Source: Lama glama (Eukaryota). Taken from it: a stretch of DNA of 64,000 nt. The stretch spans positions 89,034,001-89,098,000 of the forward strand of contig CM052816.1 of NCBI GenBank assembly GCA_028534125.1. Direction: 5' to 3'. The notes beneath the pieces are model-generated. The model saw only the letters and a program-made list of their open reading frames with translations. It ran no database searches and was not told where the DNA came from. This document shows positions 1 to 11,853 of this stretch, piece by piece (position 1 is the stretch's first letter; every line of letters starts with the position of its first letter). The translations under genes were made by a program, and so were the position numbers.

Positions 1-138
1 GCCTGTGGATGCCTGGGTCAAAAGTTTATATAGCATCCAGGTGTAGACATGTGTAAGTTCTATTTCCCTAGTGGCCTCCTGGCTTTATTTTAGATCTTTT
101 AGACATAAGAGACTCTATTTTGTTGTTCATAGTTTACA
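1..138 (-). mobile_element. 3' LTR of the provirus (U3 start only)
   Basis: Begins TGTAAAC on the minus strand immediately after the PPT. Aligns by eye to 6809-6945 with about 25 differences in 138 nt. Confidence 0.92.
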
Positions 139-150
139 TTTTCCCCTTTT
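139..150 (-). other. Polypurine tract
   Basis: The minus strand reads AAAAGGGGAAAA directly before the TG of the 3' LTR. Confidence 0.9.
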
Positions 151-389
151 GATTAATATCTTTCCTTGGTGATCAATTATCTTATGATATTAGCAATCAT
201 AAGTCAATATTCTTTTTAAAAAGTTCCTGGCACCAGGAAGACTTATTCCTGGTATGTCATGTCCCATAGAGGAGGAAAAGAGAATAAGAGTCATGGTCAT
301 AAGGGAATTGTCATATTTGAGCATCAAATAGGTTTTCAGAAAGCAGGACTTAAGCATCTTTCCTACCTAAAATAATGACAAATTCAGTC

Positions 390-1763
390 TATCTTTTATT
401 TGTGATATGAATTGTAGGCTGCATCTGGTTGAGTAATACAAGTCTCTGAGCAACCATAAACTTAATATCCTGAGTAGCAAGAAATAAAGAGCATATCAAC
501 TTAGAGAATACACAGAAAGTCATTAATACCACAAGAATCAATACCAATGTCATAAGCAAAGATTTTAACCACTTTCACCTGAAAAAAAGCAACCTTTTAG
601 TATTTCTCCAAGACTGGGTATTGTGTCATTCATAACATTTATTTTCTTTTTTATATGACTTAATAAATGGGTGACGTTAGATGATTCATCCTGTTTTAAA
701 AAAAAAAAACAATCCGTTTGTATTATAGCTCAGGTACTCCCTTTAGAGGCTGTAACAGTGTCAAGAGCCATGCGATTTGTAAGATTGCCATTCTCTTTAA
801 AAATATTTTAGAATTTAAAAGATTTGTAGACAGTTGATAATCATTTAGAGCTTATTGTGTAAAGTTGGTTAAAGTTTCTTTGTGAATAACAACATCTTTA
901 TGTCCCAGTGAGAGAACAAAAATGATCATGGAAGACTAACCTGACCTGTCTTGCTCCTAATAAGGGGTAATTTGCAGGAGCAATGTTGAGAGTTGTGCAA
1001 ATATGTCCTTAAGTTCAAGAAGCTCTTAAGTTACAATGCCCTATCCACCCTGGAAGGTATCCAAGACAAGAGGTTAGTTCCACACAGCTATTAGATTCCA
1101 TTTGGGGCTACAAAATAAATACTAGGTTGACTATCTTAATCAATACCAAATCAATCACTAGTTTTTAAAGTGATACTTACAGTACAGAACCACATGACAT
1201 CCATCCAAAATACTGGATATTATTAGATTAATTCATCCTTGCATGGTCAATCTGTTCCTAACATATAAGGGGCTTTGGTACTAACACATAAGTTGGTGTT
1301 AACCATATAAATCCATTCCATAATTGGGCAATGTTACCCACTAAAGAATGAGAGGTGACTTTTCTTTTTTTTAAATTTTAGTCTAGTTCTTTTCTGAGAT
1401 TGGGTCTTGGTAACATTAAGAGAAAACAAATACCAACATAAAGAGTCATTTAAGGTTTGGTTGATGAACCATTCATGTTGTTTTCAATTAGTAAAATCTG
1501 TGGTTTCTAGAGTTCTGTTAGTATATCTTCCCTCTAAAACTAAATGTCCCAAAGCTAACCAGTTGAATTCTTGTAATGGAGATATTCTCCAAAGTAACGC
1601 AGAAGTTGTGGACAAGGACAGTTGTCCACAAATCCAAAAAACTGGATTTATTTTTAAAATTAGCATATGATTGTGCCCATGGAAGAAAAAAAACATTTAA
1701 GTCAAAAGCATTTATATGTAGAAAAAGGCAAATAAAAGGAGTATTACATAAGCCTGGTCTCAA
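390..1763 (-). pseudogene. env: env remnant (gamma-type, PABL-B/HERV-R(b)-like)
   Basis: Minus-strand translation across frameshifts gives NVFFLPWAQSYA, WICGQL..SPLQ, WFINQTLN, QLWNGFIWLTPT, APNG..LCGTNL, GWIGHCNL, an ISD LQ/NRMALDTVTASKGST*AIIQTDC (~710-790), and a hydrophobic anchor IGMILVVLMTFCVF (~505-550). Confidence 0.88.
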
Positions 1764-1839
1764 ATCTTAGAAAAGCTATCCACAACAGATTTGGTTTGCT
1801 TCATTATCCTGGCTTTTGTCTGGTTAATTTTAGTTTCAG

Positions 1840-4781
1840 GTCTCTAGACAGTTATGGAGTTCAGATAGGAGATGGTACCTTCTTTAAATGAGGAACTCAA
1901 ATCCATGACTCAATTAGCTTAATATTAATGGTGCAAGGGTTAGTTAATGATACCTGATAAGGTCCCTTCTGACAAGGCTGAAAGGCATCTTTGTGCAAGT
2001 GTTGTTTCCAATAGACATAGTCTCTAGGTTGGAGATCAAGATGCTGTATGTCTCTGTTTTCCACGAACCCACTGTGGAAAGATTGCTCTAAGACTGTGAG
2101 TTAACTTTTAGGTCCTGATAGTATCTCACAGTAGGTTAAGATGTTTCCTTTTAACAGAACAGGTTCATACATGTTTTTGTCTAGTCTCATGGATCTACCA
2201 GTAATGATTTGAATGGTGATAACTTGCTTTTTCCAGAGGTGGTAGATCTCAGGTTAAGTAAACTAAGAGCAATGCTTTTAGGTCAAGACAATTTAAATGA
2301 CTCAACACATTTAGTAAACTGAATTTTTGTAATTCCATTAGTGTATTCCACCAATCTTGACAACTAAGAATGGTAGGTCCATGGAAGTGTTATAAAATAG
2401 GCCACATTTTACAAGCATATTGGATCACTTATCCAGTAAAATGGGAAACTCTGTCACTGTGGTAGGAGTTCAGAGGGTATTTTTTAAGTGACAATAACTT
2501 TCTCCAATGAGACATTACTTGCTGCTGTGGTCATGGCTCTGTGAGAAGGAAAAGCTTTCACCCAGTGAAAGAACATACAGATCATTACCAATACATATTT
2601 ATAACCCTGAGATGATGGTGATTGGATAAGATTTGTTTGCCATACTTCAAAAGATCCTAAGGGTAAAGAAAAATGATCCATGGAAGTATGGATAGGCTTT
2701 CTTGTGTTCTGTTTAGGACAAAATGACGACTTTGATATACTTTGTGAGCCATTTTAGGAGATGGTTTCCAATAATGTTGTTTTACGCTGAATCATTTAAT
2801 CAGTATTCCAGTGAGTCACATTATATATATACTCTAGGATAAATTTTTGTAAACAGTCAGGGAGGACAGGTCTACCATTTGATCCAAATCAAATGTTTCT
2901 TTAAAGCCATCCATTCATTTTTTACCCCCTTTTAAAAAAAATTCTCCAAAATAAGAGTTGTGCTTCTAATATTTTAGTAATTTAGATTTTGAATTCATGG
3001 GTAGTTAAGGCCCTTCTAGTATAATTTTAGACTTTCCGAAAACTGCTGCCTTAGAAGCAGTGTCAAATGGTTTCCTTTGCTTTCTTCTCCATATGAGTCT
3101 GCTGTTGAGTATCCGTAAGTTTTAATTACTGCTGAAGATTTAGGCAGTTGAATGGCATCTAAGAGTCATAGCACATAAGAACTGCTTTTGATTTTCTGAC
3201 TGGAGGAGGTTTAAAAAAAAAAACTTTGTTTCCAAAGAATGACAAAATCATGTATAACACCAAACGTGTACCTACTCAGTCAGTACAATATACATGTATA
3301 TATTAGAGGTTTTATCTTTGACTAAGAGGCAGGCTGTAGTGAATGCAAAGAGTTTTGTCCGTTGAGCAGACATAGCTTCTGGCATGGTGTTAGCTTCAAT
3401 GACTTGTTAAAGATCTGTAGCATTGCCAGCTCAGTAGTAGCTGGACTCATCTTTCAAATAGGATCCATCAGTGAACCAGATCAGCTTAGTGTTTTCAAGA
3501 GCCATGTCTTGCAAATCAATTGGAGAGATGAGGAGTTAGCCAGTCAATACCAAACAGTCATGAAGGACTTTAGCGAAGGGAGGAGGATAGCCAGAATCAG
3601 AGTGTGGCAGCAGCAGATAGTAATGTTAGAAGAAGACAGGAAGAGAATTTCAGAGATTAGTCTGCTGGCAGAAAGTTACTGAACATGATGAGAATGAAGC
3701 AAGGATTCCGTGGAATGAGGCACACAAAGGGTCAGCAAAGACCCCATCACAATTTATTCTACTTGCTGTCATTGATTGGCAGCGGCTGCAGTGATTCTCA
3801 TGCAAGGAGGATGACCTTTGGCTACTGAGTCTATTTGTTGGCCTTAATATCCTATAGGTCCATGATGGTCCCCATGGCACTGACTAAGTCTGCTGAGGGC
3901 ATTTCCTTCTTTTTTATGGGCAAAAAGGAAAAGAAAATGTGAAGTTTATAATTAGGATGACCTAAGGCAGGTGGGTCATGAAGGCTATCTTTAATAAGGG
4001 TAAATGCTTCTTAAGTTTCTGTCCAAATAAGAGATTTAGTCTGATCATCCTTAAGAAGAGAGTATAAGAGCAGGGCTAGGATAGAAAAATGTGGGATCCA
4101 CTTTCCACAATACCCTGCCTGTCCTAAAAAGCCTCTGAGTTGTCTTTTTAATATATTCTTCAAATATGAATTTAAGTCCTTAAACAGCCTCTGCATTCAG
4201 TAGGTATTAGGGGATAGTTGGCAGAGTCCTTCTTTTATCCACCTAAATTTTTATGAGTGGTAGAGAGTGAATCGCAACTGATATCAGTAGCATTCTTAGG
4301 CCAAAGTTAATCAGGGATTGTATGTTAAAGTTAGAATCAGCCACAGAGATTGAGACAACCGGAATGGCAATAGACGAGTCTCCTGGAGAATTGTGAGGAT
4401 CAGGGCATCCTCCAAGGTGTAAAATATTTCCCCCTTTTGGGATAAGAAAACATGGGTTTTATGAGCCTCTAGGAAATCATTCTCCAATAGGTGGATTGGA
4501 GCAGAAGAAACTAGAAGGAATGGATGAATCTCATAGATAAGTCCTTATTTAAAAGAAACTGGAAAAGACTTAAAAACATTCATAGATTGGTTAAATACTC
4601 CCACCATTTTTATGGTTCTGGCACTTTGGGGAAGGGAACAGAGTGGTGGGGTTAAGAATTGACAAAGTGCTCCTGTAACTAACAGGGCCTTAGTAACTTT
4701 ATTACCAACACTTAAGTCAATTTCTACAAAATAATTACTTAGGACTATGGGAAAAATTCTCTTTTTATCCTCAGAGCAGGG
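1840..4781 (-). pseudogene. pol: pro-pol remnant with the RT core deleted
   Basis: Protease: ALLVTGA (degenerate LLDTGA, ~4668-4690) and PIHLLENDFL. RT N-terminus runs into the thumb KRQLRGFLGQAGYCGKWIP. RNase H: FTDGSYL (~3455-3476). Integrase: GYKYVLVMICMFFHWVKAFP, HSDRVSHFTG and KGPY (~1958-1969). Confidence 0.92.
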
Positions 4782-6206
4782 CTATTGTTAAGATCAACCA
4801 GGTTGGAACTTGTGAGAATGGCAGTTATTTTAAGGCTGTTGATATTCCAGTGGTGGTTTAATTTTAAACAGTCCTTTTTCCAGTGGCTGAGCTTTTTACT
4901 ATAATTGCAAGCCCTTTTGGTTTGTCATTTATCTTGGGTACTGCGTAGGTTTGATTTAGCAGAAAGTTGTTGTAGTGCATTATTTGGTCTTGAATCTGAT
5001 CATTTAAAGCGTGTTCAGCTTTCTTTTTTGTATATTTCTGAATAACTCAGGAGAGCTATTTAGCATAGTTCACAAAAATCATGAGGTTGACTGGTGGCCC
5101 AATTAAGTTGTCATTTCCTAACAAGTTGTCTAAGTTCTTGTCATAAACTTTAAACAAGAATGAAATTTAAAAGTGTTGAGATTCAGCATTAATTTTATCT
5201 ATGCCAAAATATTGCTTAATGACTTCCTCAAATTTACCGTAATAATCAAAGATAAATTCATCAATTTTTTAAATGTATTTTGGATTTTTTTCCAGACAAT
5301 AATGGGAGGAAAAGTCTCAGGAATTTTACTTATTTAGAAACTTCACACATGGCAGTGTGCCCCTTAAAGGCAAAATATTTTATTGGTACATTCCAATCTG
5401 CTAATATCATCCATTTGTAGCAAAACCTTTGCTGACTAACCTGTGGATAAGCTGGTAAAGATCAGAAAATCCTGGCTCATAAGTCTGAACTGCAAGAAGA
5501 AATTCTTGTGGAAAATCAATGGGATCTTCCTTGTGAGGTGGAAAGTGGTTAGTAATTGCACTGAGTTTATCTTATTTCAGGGATGTAAGAAAAATGGTGG
5601 CTCTGATTAGTGGTTTTGGCTAGCTAGACTTTTAAAAGGAACTAAGAAGGCAGGAGAGTCTAGAGGGGCTTTGGAATCATCTGTGTAGGAGTTATAAAAA
5701 GGAAATTTGGCTAGAGAAAGGTAGAGGTGGGTAGGAAAACAGGCAGGCAACAGAAGGGCTAAGAGGAGCAGGGCAGGGTGGCAACAGCAGGAATAAAAGG
5801 TAGAGACAAATGAACATTAGGAGAATATTTAGTAATTTTCAAGTTTAGTCAGTCTCTGAGACAATTCAGAATTAGGCTTAGATAATTTGGAGTTAATATC
5901 CTGGAGGGAAGCAATTTTGGAATTGCTAACTCGTTTTGAGGGCACCAAATGCCAACTGAAATAAGCTTACCATTTGGGCTGCTTTGTATTACATTTTTTT
6001 TTCTAAATGACTGTGCACATAAAACTAATTTAGGAATTTCAAAGGAGCCCCAAGTTAGGCAACTTAATTCTAAATCATAGTGGATTATCATCGTCTAAGG
6101 AGACAAATACTTACACAAGGAGGGCCCATAGTTCTTATTCATAAAGCCAACTGGGGTTCCAAGGAGACTCCTCTGCAACCTTACCCTTCAATAGTGAACT
6201 TCCCAT
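4782..6206 (-). pseudogene. gag: gag remnant
   Basis: ATG at 6206 gives MGSS (myristoylation-type start), then GTPVGFMNKNYGP, WGSFEIPKL and a Pro-rich linker. Capsid: EDPIDFPQEF..YEPGFSDLYQLIH. MHR-like: DEFIFDYYGKF. Degenerate zinc knuckle: CNYSKKLSHWKKDC (~4868-4909). A TAG at 4782-4784 is the probable gag stop. Confidence 0.9.
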
Positions 6207-6441
6207 TATTTAAAGAATAATTGCTCCCCAGAAGAAATTGAGAAACAAAGTCCCAAGTACAGAAGCCAGCTGCACAGGACACCAAAATAAACTAAAACTT
6301 CTACCAAGATCTGAGGATTGGGTGTAAAACAACTCACCACCAACATCCAGGACCACAGAGGAGAGAAGCGCATACAGTGGACTCTTGTAGGTACCTTACT
6401 CAAATCCGTGGGGTGCCAGAGGAAGGAACAGCTTACTCGGT

Positions 6442-6459
6442 ATCCCTCTTCTGACACCG
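6442..6459 (-). other. Primer binding site, tRNA-Leu type
   Basis: The minus strand reads CGGTGTCAGAAGAGGGAT, a 16/18 match to the Leu PBS TGGTGTCAGAAGTGGGAT, just downstream of the 5' LTR. Confidence 0.8.
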
Positions 6460-6470
6460 TATAATAGCAA

Positions 6471-6945
6471 TGTTACTAAAAAAAAAAACACCAAAACGAA
6501 AACCAAAACCAAACAACCAAACAAACAAACAAAAACAAAACCCAGAAGACTGCAAAAAGTAAAAATGTGTTTATTTGGGTACTTAGGCATTTCAGTTTGG
6601 AAAGTATTGAATTAAATAACAACTCAGATGTGCTCTGAGGAAAGTAGAAAATGACAGGGGTTTATAAAGACAACAAAAATCCCAGAGAAGTTACATAAGT
6701 TGTTTTACAGAACTACTATTGATTCCTGCAAGCATTCAGTTACTCACTGGCAGCAGATTTGTTGCTAAACTATGGTTTCTAGCAAGTAAAGAAAATGAGT
6801 TCTAGGTGGCCTGTGAATGCCTGGGTCAAAATTTTATATTGCTTTCAGGTATAGACATTTTAAGGCCCACTTTTCTGATGGCCTCCTGGCTTCATTTTAG
6901 ATCCTTTTGATATAAGTGACTCCATTTTGTTACTCATAGTCTACA
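6471..6945 (-). mobile_element. 5' LTR (MER65-like)
   Basis: TG...CA termini on the minus strand. CAAAATGGAGTCACT near the start resembles MER65-type LTRs. TATA-like TTTATAAA at 6661-6668, AATAAA at 6570-6575 (minus), and an (AAAC)n expansion in U5. Confidence 0.85.
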
Positions 6946-7279
6946 GGGTCATGGTTTAAGACTTCAAAAGGGAGGAAGATACTTCAAATGTTTCATAAAC
7001 AGATGTTTGTTGGGCCTTGCAGAGACAATGGGACAGAGAGGACTTTGATCTCTAGGCTCAGCAGAGTTTTCCCCACCACACCTGGCCCATATTCTTTGCA
7101 GATATCTCTGGTGACAACTCTACTCTGGGAAGAAGCCTTTTATCAAAATTATTTAGACAACTAAGGTGGGGGATAAGAAGAAAGATTACTTGAGTCTTCT
7201 GTTTCTTAAAATCATCAGTCTAAATTAATCCTCATGCCCAAGAGACACATTTGGGGATGACAGATTTTGCTCCCCTACA
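6946..7279 (-). mobile_element. 5' part of a MER34-like LTR, interrupted by the provirus
   Basis: The minus strand begins TGTAGGGGAGCAAAATCTGTCATCCCCAAA...GGCATGAGGATTAATTTAG. It is homologous to the solo LTRs at 49641-50192 and 52588-53150. Confidence 0.85.
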
Positions 7280-7618
7280 TAATCAAATAATATGAATCAT
7301 CAATGGAGATTGTTAAAAAGAGACTTTTGTGTTTATATGTGTAGTCCCTAATTACAACAAACACACAAAAAAATCATTCTTCAAGAATAGTTAAAGAAAC
7401 TGTGGTTCCATTTCATTGTTCTTTTAACATTATTATTATATGATATTTTAAAGGCAATTAGAGAATACTTTTTAGATTAAGAAAGATTAAAATCATTTTA
7501 AATGATTTAAATATTAGATGACAAACTATTTCAAACTTTGGATGTAAAAATCCACATAATTTTGCAATTTTCTAAAATATTCTTTAAGTTTTAAGATAAT
7601 ATATTGATTCTAATTCTT

Positions 7619-8024
7619 TTATTTCTTTCAGTTTTATTGAGATAATTGATACACAGCACAATATAAGTTTAAGGTATACAAGAATGTTATCTGATTTACA
7701 GAAATTATGAAATGATTGCCACAGTAAGTGTAATGAACATTCATCATTTCATATAGATCCAAAATAAAGAAAAAGAAAAAATTCCTTGTGATGAGAACTC
7801 TTCCAATCTACTCTCTTTCATATATAACATACTACAGTGTTAATTATATTAACACCTTTTCCTTCATCCCATCCCCCACCTCTGTAGCAACAAATCTGAA
7901 CTTTTTTTCTATGAGTTTGTTTGTTTGTTTTTTGAAGAATAATTGGTCTACAATACTATGTTAATTTGTGATGCACCAACACAGTGATTCAATAATTCTA
8001 TACATTACAGAATAATCACCACAG
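7619..8024 (-). mobile_element. L1 (L1MA-type) 3' end fragment
   Basis: T-rich tail followed by L1 3' UTR-like sequence. Candidate TSD ttctaattctt (7608-7618) / ttctgattctt (8025-8035). Confidence 0.75.
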
Positions 8025-8540
8025 TTCTGATTCTTGAAATAGACTTTAACGGTGCATGATACTGTCATTTTGTCATAACCTATGAGATAAACTATAATAT
8101 TTTATAAAATTTGGATTGTAATTCAGGAATATCAATAAATGATAGCAATATTACATAAAACTACTATACTATAATTCTAGGAAGGATTTTGACCACATAA
8201 TATTAAGTATGTTACATGTTTGGGGCATTTTTTAAATTGTTTTTCTCCTTGCCCTAATTTGAACAAATGTCAAGAATTTGGGATTTTAAGTTTGATTTTA
8301 AGTCCATTTACAATATACGAGATGTTATTTTTTAGAAATGATTGTGCCATTTAATTAAAGTTTTGTCTGAAAATAGTAGGTATCTTAAATGATATTCATC
8401 TTCCCCAAAGGAATTCTTACTTGGGCTTATCTTGCTCTTAATCATGCCTTTATTCAAGTATTCCTTATAAGCTTTCTCCCTCTTTCTGAATTGTCAAAGA
8501 TGCAAATCAGTAATCAGTCGCTCTCTCTCATTCTTTCATG

Positions 8541-8565
8541 CACACACACACACACACACACACAC
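8541..8565. repeat. (CA)n microsatellite
   Basis: Read directly from the sequence. Confidence 0.95.
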
Positions 8566-9819
8566 GTGTGCACACGCAAACTAATCCATTCAAAAGTAGG
8601 CAGGAAACATATTCTAGAGATTTCAGAGAGATGAGTAAAATCATAGGCAAGGAGAATGAGAATGAGTAACTAAAATCAAGCATACTAACAGATAGATGTT
8701 TTATAAGAGCTAGTTGAGCAATTAAAATCAAGAGAGCTTATTTTTAAGGAGTGTATCTTCTTTCCTGAAATAAATATTTACTGCAAACTGAAATATTCAA
8801 CTGAATATTTTTTCACTTACCCTTAAAACATTCAAGCTCTTAGTAAACATTCAAGAAGTTGTTTGCTAAGTCATTATTATTAATAAAGTCTATTTGAATT
8901 TTAGTAAATTCACCCATGTCAGAGACTATCCTTTAGTCAATTCTCTATCATCAGAGTGGAGTACATTCTCAAGCATGTAGTACATACTTAGTTAAATGTC
9001 TGTAATTACATTAAATATACACACATATACAGCAAAGCAAAAGCATGCATTCTAAAATTAGGAAATTCATTTACAAAGTCACATTTACACCAAACAAATA
9101 ATGGGGACTCTTTCAAATATTTCTAATGTGCTTCCCATTTTCACTGACCTTGATTTTTCCTAAGACAATTTCTCCCTAGTCAATCCTCTTATCTAGTATG
9201 GATTTAAATTACATGTCAAAAACTTCTATTTGTCAAATTACTTTTGGTTCAAAGAGTGTACAGTCAGTTAAATTGTAAACAAATGCATTATTGTATTCCA
9301 TTTTACTTTATCCACTCACTAGGGAAGAAATCAGGAGGAAGAAAGGCAGCTACAATGGCAAGACTAGAACAAATAAAGCTTGTGTTGTGTTCATAAAGAC
9401 AACAACAAAATGAGACAGTACATGAAGGACAAGGTTCTTATCTTTTAGTTCAATTTAGAAGAAGACAAGTTTATATGGATAAAAGTTAAATGATATAGGC
9501 TTACTTATTTTTGTGATAATTACATTTAGTGTTATTGAAGAGTCATATCTAAACAAAAAAATTCTTCTGTGGTAACTCTACACTCTTTTAAGAATGATTC
9601 TGCTCCCAGGCTAATTTCCTCAAATCTAACTAGTTTATTTTATCTGCCAGAATGCAGAACTGGTACCAGAAGATGAAAAAACTATTTAGTAACCATTTAA
9701 GAAACACTAGATATGTTAGAAAGAGAGTTTGGAAATTAGCTCCTTTTCAAGTAAGAAAAATATACGTTCTACACTGCAGAGGATTATTGATATTTTCTTC
9801 CAATTAGAATGTTTCTGTA

Positions 9820-10030
9820 AGAACATGGTTTTTGAAAAGTAGCCAAGACACTGCAATTCAGCCAGGGTTTAAATCCTGCCTCCACCACTCAATATCTGTG
9901 TAAACATTGATAAATTCATTAACATTTTGGACCTTGGCATGCAGAAAATAATTATTACATTGTTGGGCTGTCAATTAATATGTTTGAAAATATTAGATGT
10001 TTTCAATAAAGGATAAGTTCTATCATCATC
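9820..10030 (+). mobile_element. MIR SINE, degenerate
   Basis: The core-like sequence gggtttaaatcctgcctccaccact...tgtgtaaacattgataaattcattaac is present. Confidence 0.6.
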
Positions 10031-10559
10031 AATACTAAGTATTGTGCACAAAATAAGACTTTAATAAACAAGACAAATGAATTAACCAATACATGCCTCA
10101 CATTTTTATAATTGTCTATATTGCACACATATTAATAACAATTCCATATTTAAAGGGCAATTTTCTCAAAAATCAGCATTTTTCTATATAAAATATGCAT
10201 TTTGAATTTATCGCATAGGGCATTGTCTATTTGCCTATTACAGAAATATATTTGGCTGAGAAAATTTTAGTCATAGTTTTCAATATATTTTTCTGCTTTA
10301 TAAATTTATCTTTAATGTTCGCCTCATGCTCATCATTCAATATTAACTCCCTCTACTGGAGTGATTGCTGACCATTCTCTCTACAAAAACACATTTGCTG
10401 TTGAGAGGTCAAGCAAGATGGAAGTCTGGAGATGTCCACTGGGTTGGCAAAAGCTGGTCTATGGTGCTCTCTACATAAAGAGATAGAGAGGAGGACAAAA
10501 GTAGCATTGAAGTTGCTTAAAATATTCACGGACAGATATCCTGGATTTCTATAGAAAAA

Positions 10560-11000
10560 ATAATCTATTTTCAATGTGACAAAAGGGAACAAAGCAGTGA
10601 ATGGAAGCAGTTCTAGATTAAAAGAGATGTAAAAGACACAATACATAGACATGTGAACGTTGATTCTGATTCAAATAAGCTATAAAAAGACATTTTTGAT
10701 ATAATGGGGAAATTTGAAAATGAAAACAATATTAGATGATGAAAAGTAGTTAATTTGAATATTTTCAGTCATGGTAAGGGTGTTGCAGTGGTGCAGGGAA
10801 ATCTCCATATCTTCACAAGATGCTTATAAAAATATACGTGGTAAAATAATATAAAAGCAGGAACTTTCTTTAAAAAAATCTGTGAATAGATGAAGCAAGA
10901 TTAGAAAATCTTTATAATAATTGAATCTAAGTAAAGGATCTACAGAAAATTATTCTTTCTTCTTTTCCATATGTTGAATATTTTCCAATTAAAATTAACT
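10560..11000 (+). mobile_element. Old L1 (L1ME/MC-type) 3' UTR fragment
   Basis: Resembles old L1 3' UTRs (tagattaaaagaga...agacatttttga...aatggggaaatttgaa). Confidence 0.55.
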
Positions 11001-11019
11001 TGGAAACATTTTCAATAGG

Positions 11020-11840
11020 AATAATCCTGTCCTCTATCTCCAGCATAAGGCTGGATTATATACCATGACTATCCTACTGCTGCAAAATGCTTGAAACACT
11101 GTATTAAGTGAAAAAGAGAAAACCAACTTTGGATCGCATCAATGAGCTGGCAAGAAAACAAGAAATTCTGAGACCAAAATCTAATTTAAAGCAAGAAAGA
11201 AGAGAGGTAAATGGCATTTTATTGGAACCAGTTTCTTGCCCTGAAGACATTATAAAACAAAACCTGACTAAATTGAGCTTTTTTTTTTTTTTTTTTTAAC
11301 ATATCAGAGACTGGCTGAAGGTAGTTAAGCCTTTTAGTAGAACTTCGGAATACACCTGTGAATTCAAATGACTGTAACTTCAGTGTAAGAATGCACTAAA
11401 TATAAGGCCACTTTCTCTCACCCCATTCTCAGTGAGAAAAATGTGTCTGTGTCAAAATGAAGAACTGGAAAGAAAAAAAACTTCCCTGAGAATTAACAAT
11501 GATAAGCTAGTTTTAATAGCACTTCACTCTGAATTCAGCTGATCTGGTTGGTTTAAAGAAAAAAAATCTAAAGTAAATACAAATCACTCTGCAGGGACTC
11601 TGCATGCACAAAAGATTTCCCAGTATGACTAAAGTTGCTTGGAAAATGAGCTCACAGTTAAAAATCACAAAACACACAAGGAAATAAGACAAATGAGAAG
11701 AGTGTAGAAATAACAGATCATTGAATCAGACTGAAAAAAAGGCTTAAAATTGAATTTTAAGAACTGAATATACATTAAGAATTTCTGCTTTTTATAACGA
11801 ACAAGAAAGGATAGTGAAAACACAAACAAATTGCAATTAA
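11020..11840 (+). mobile_element. Old L1M 5'/ORF1-proximal fragment
   Basis: A-rich, degenerate L1M-like sequence (aaaaatcacaaaacacacaaggaaataagac). Confidence 0.5.
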
Positions 11841-11853
11841 GTATTACAGGAGA

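Larger units (their letters stand above)
1..6945 (-). mobile_element. Degenerate class I (ERV1, MER4-group-like) endogenous provirus: LTR-PBS-gag-pro-pol-env-PPT-LTR; the 3' LTR runs off the window start
   Basis: Matching LTR segments at 1-138 and 6809-6945, a PBS and a PPT. Recognisable gag, protease, RT, RNase H, integrase and env motifs occur in the correct order on the minus strand, all with stops and frameshifts. Confidence 0.95.

Noticed and set aside
1080..1260. Cluster of apparent Trp-to-stop changes in env, suggesting APOBEC3 hypermutation
   Set aside because: Many TGG codons remain intact in env, gag and pol, and Gln-to-TAA (C-to-T) stops are similarly common. This fits ordinary long-term decay; a formal context test against a consensus would be needed.
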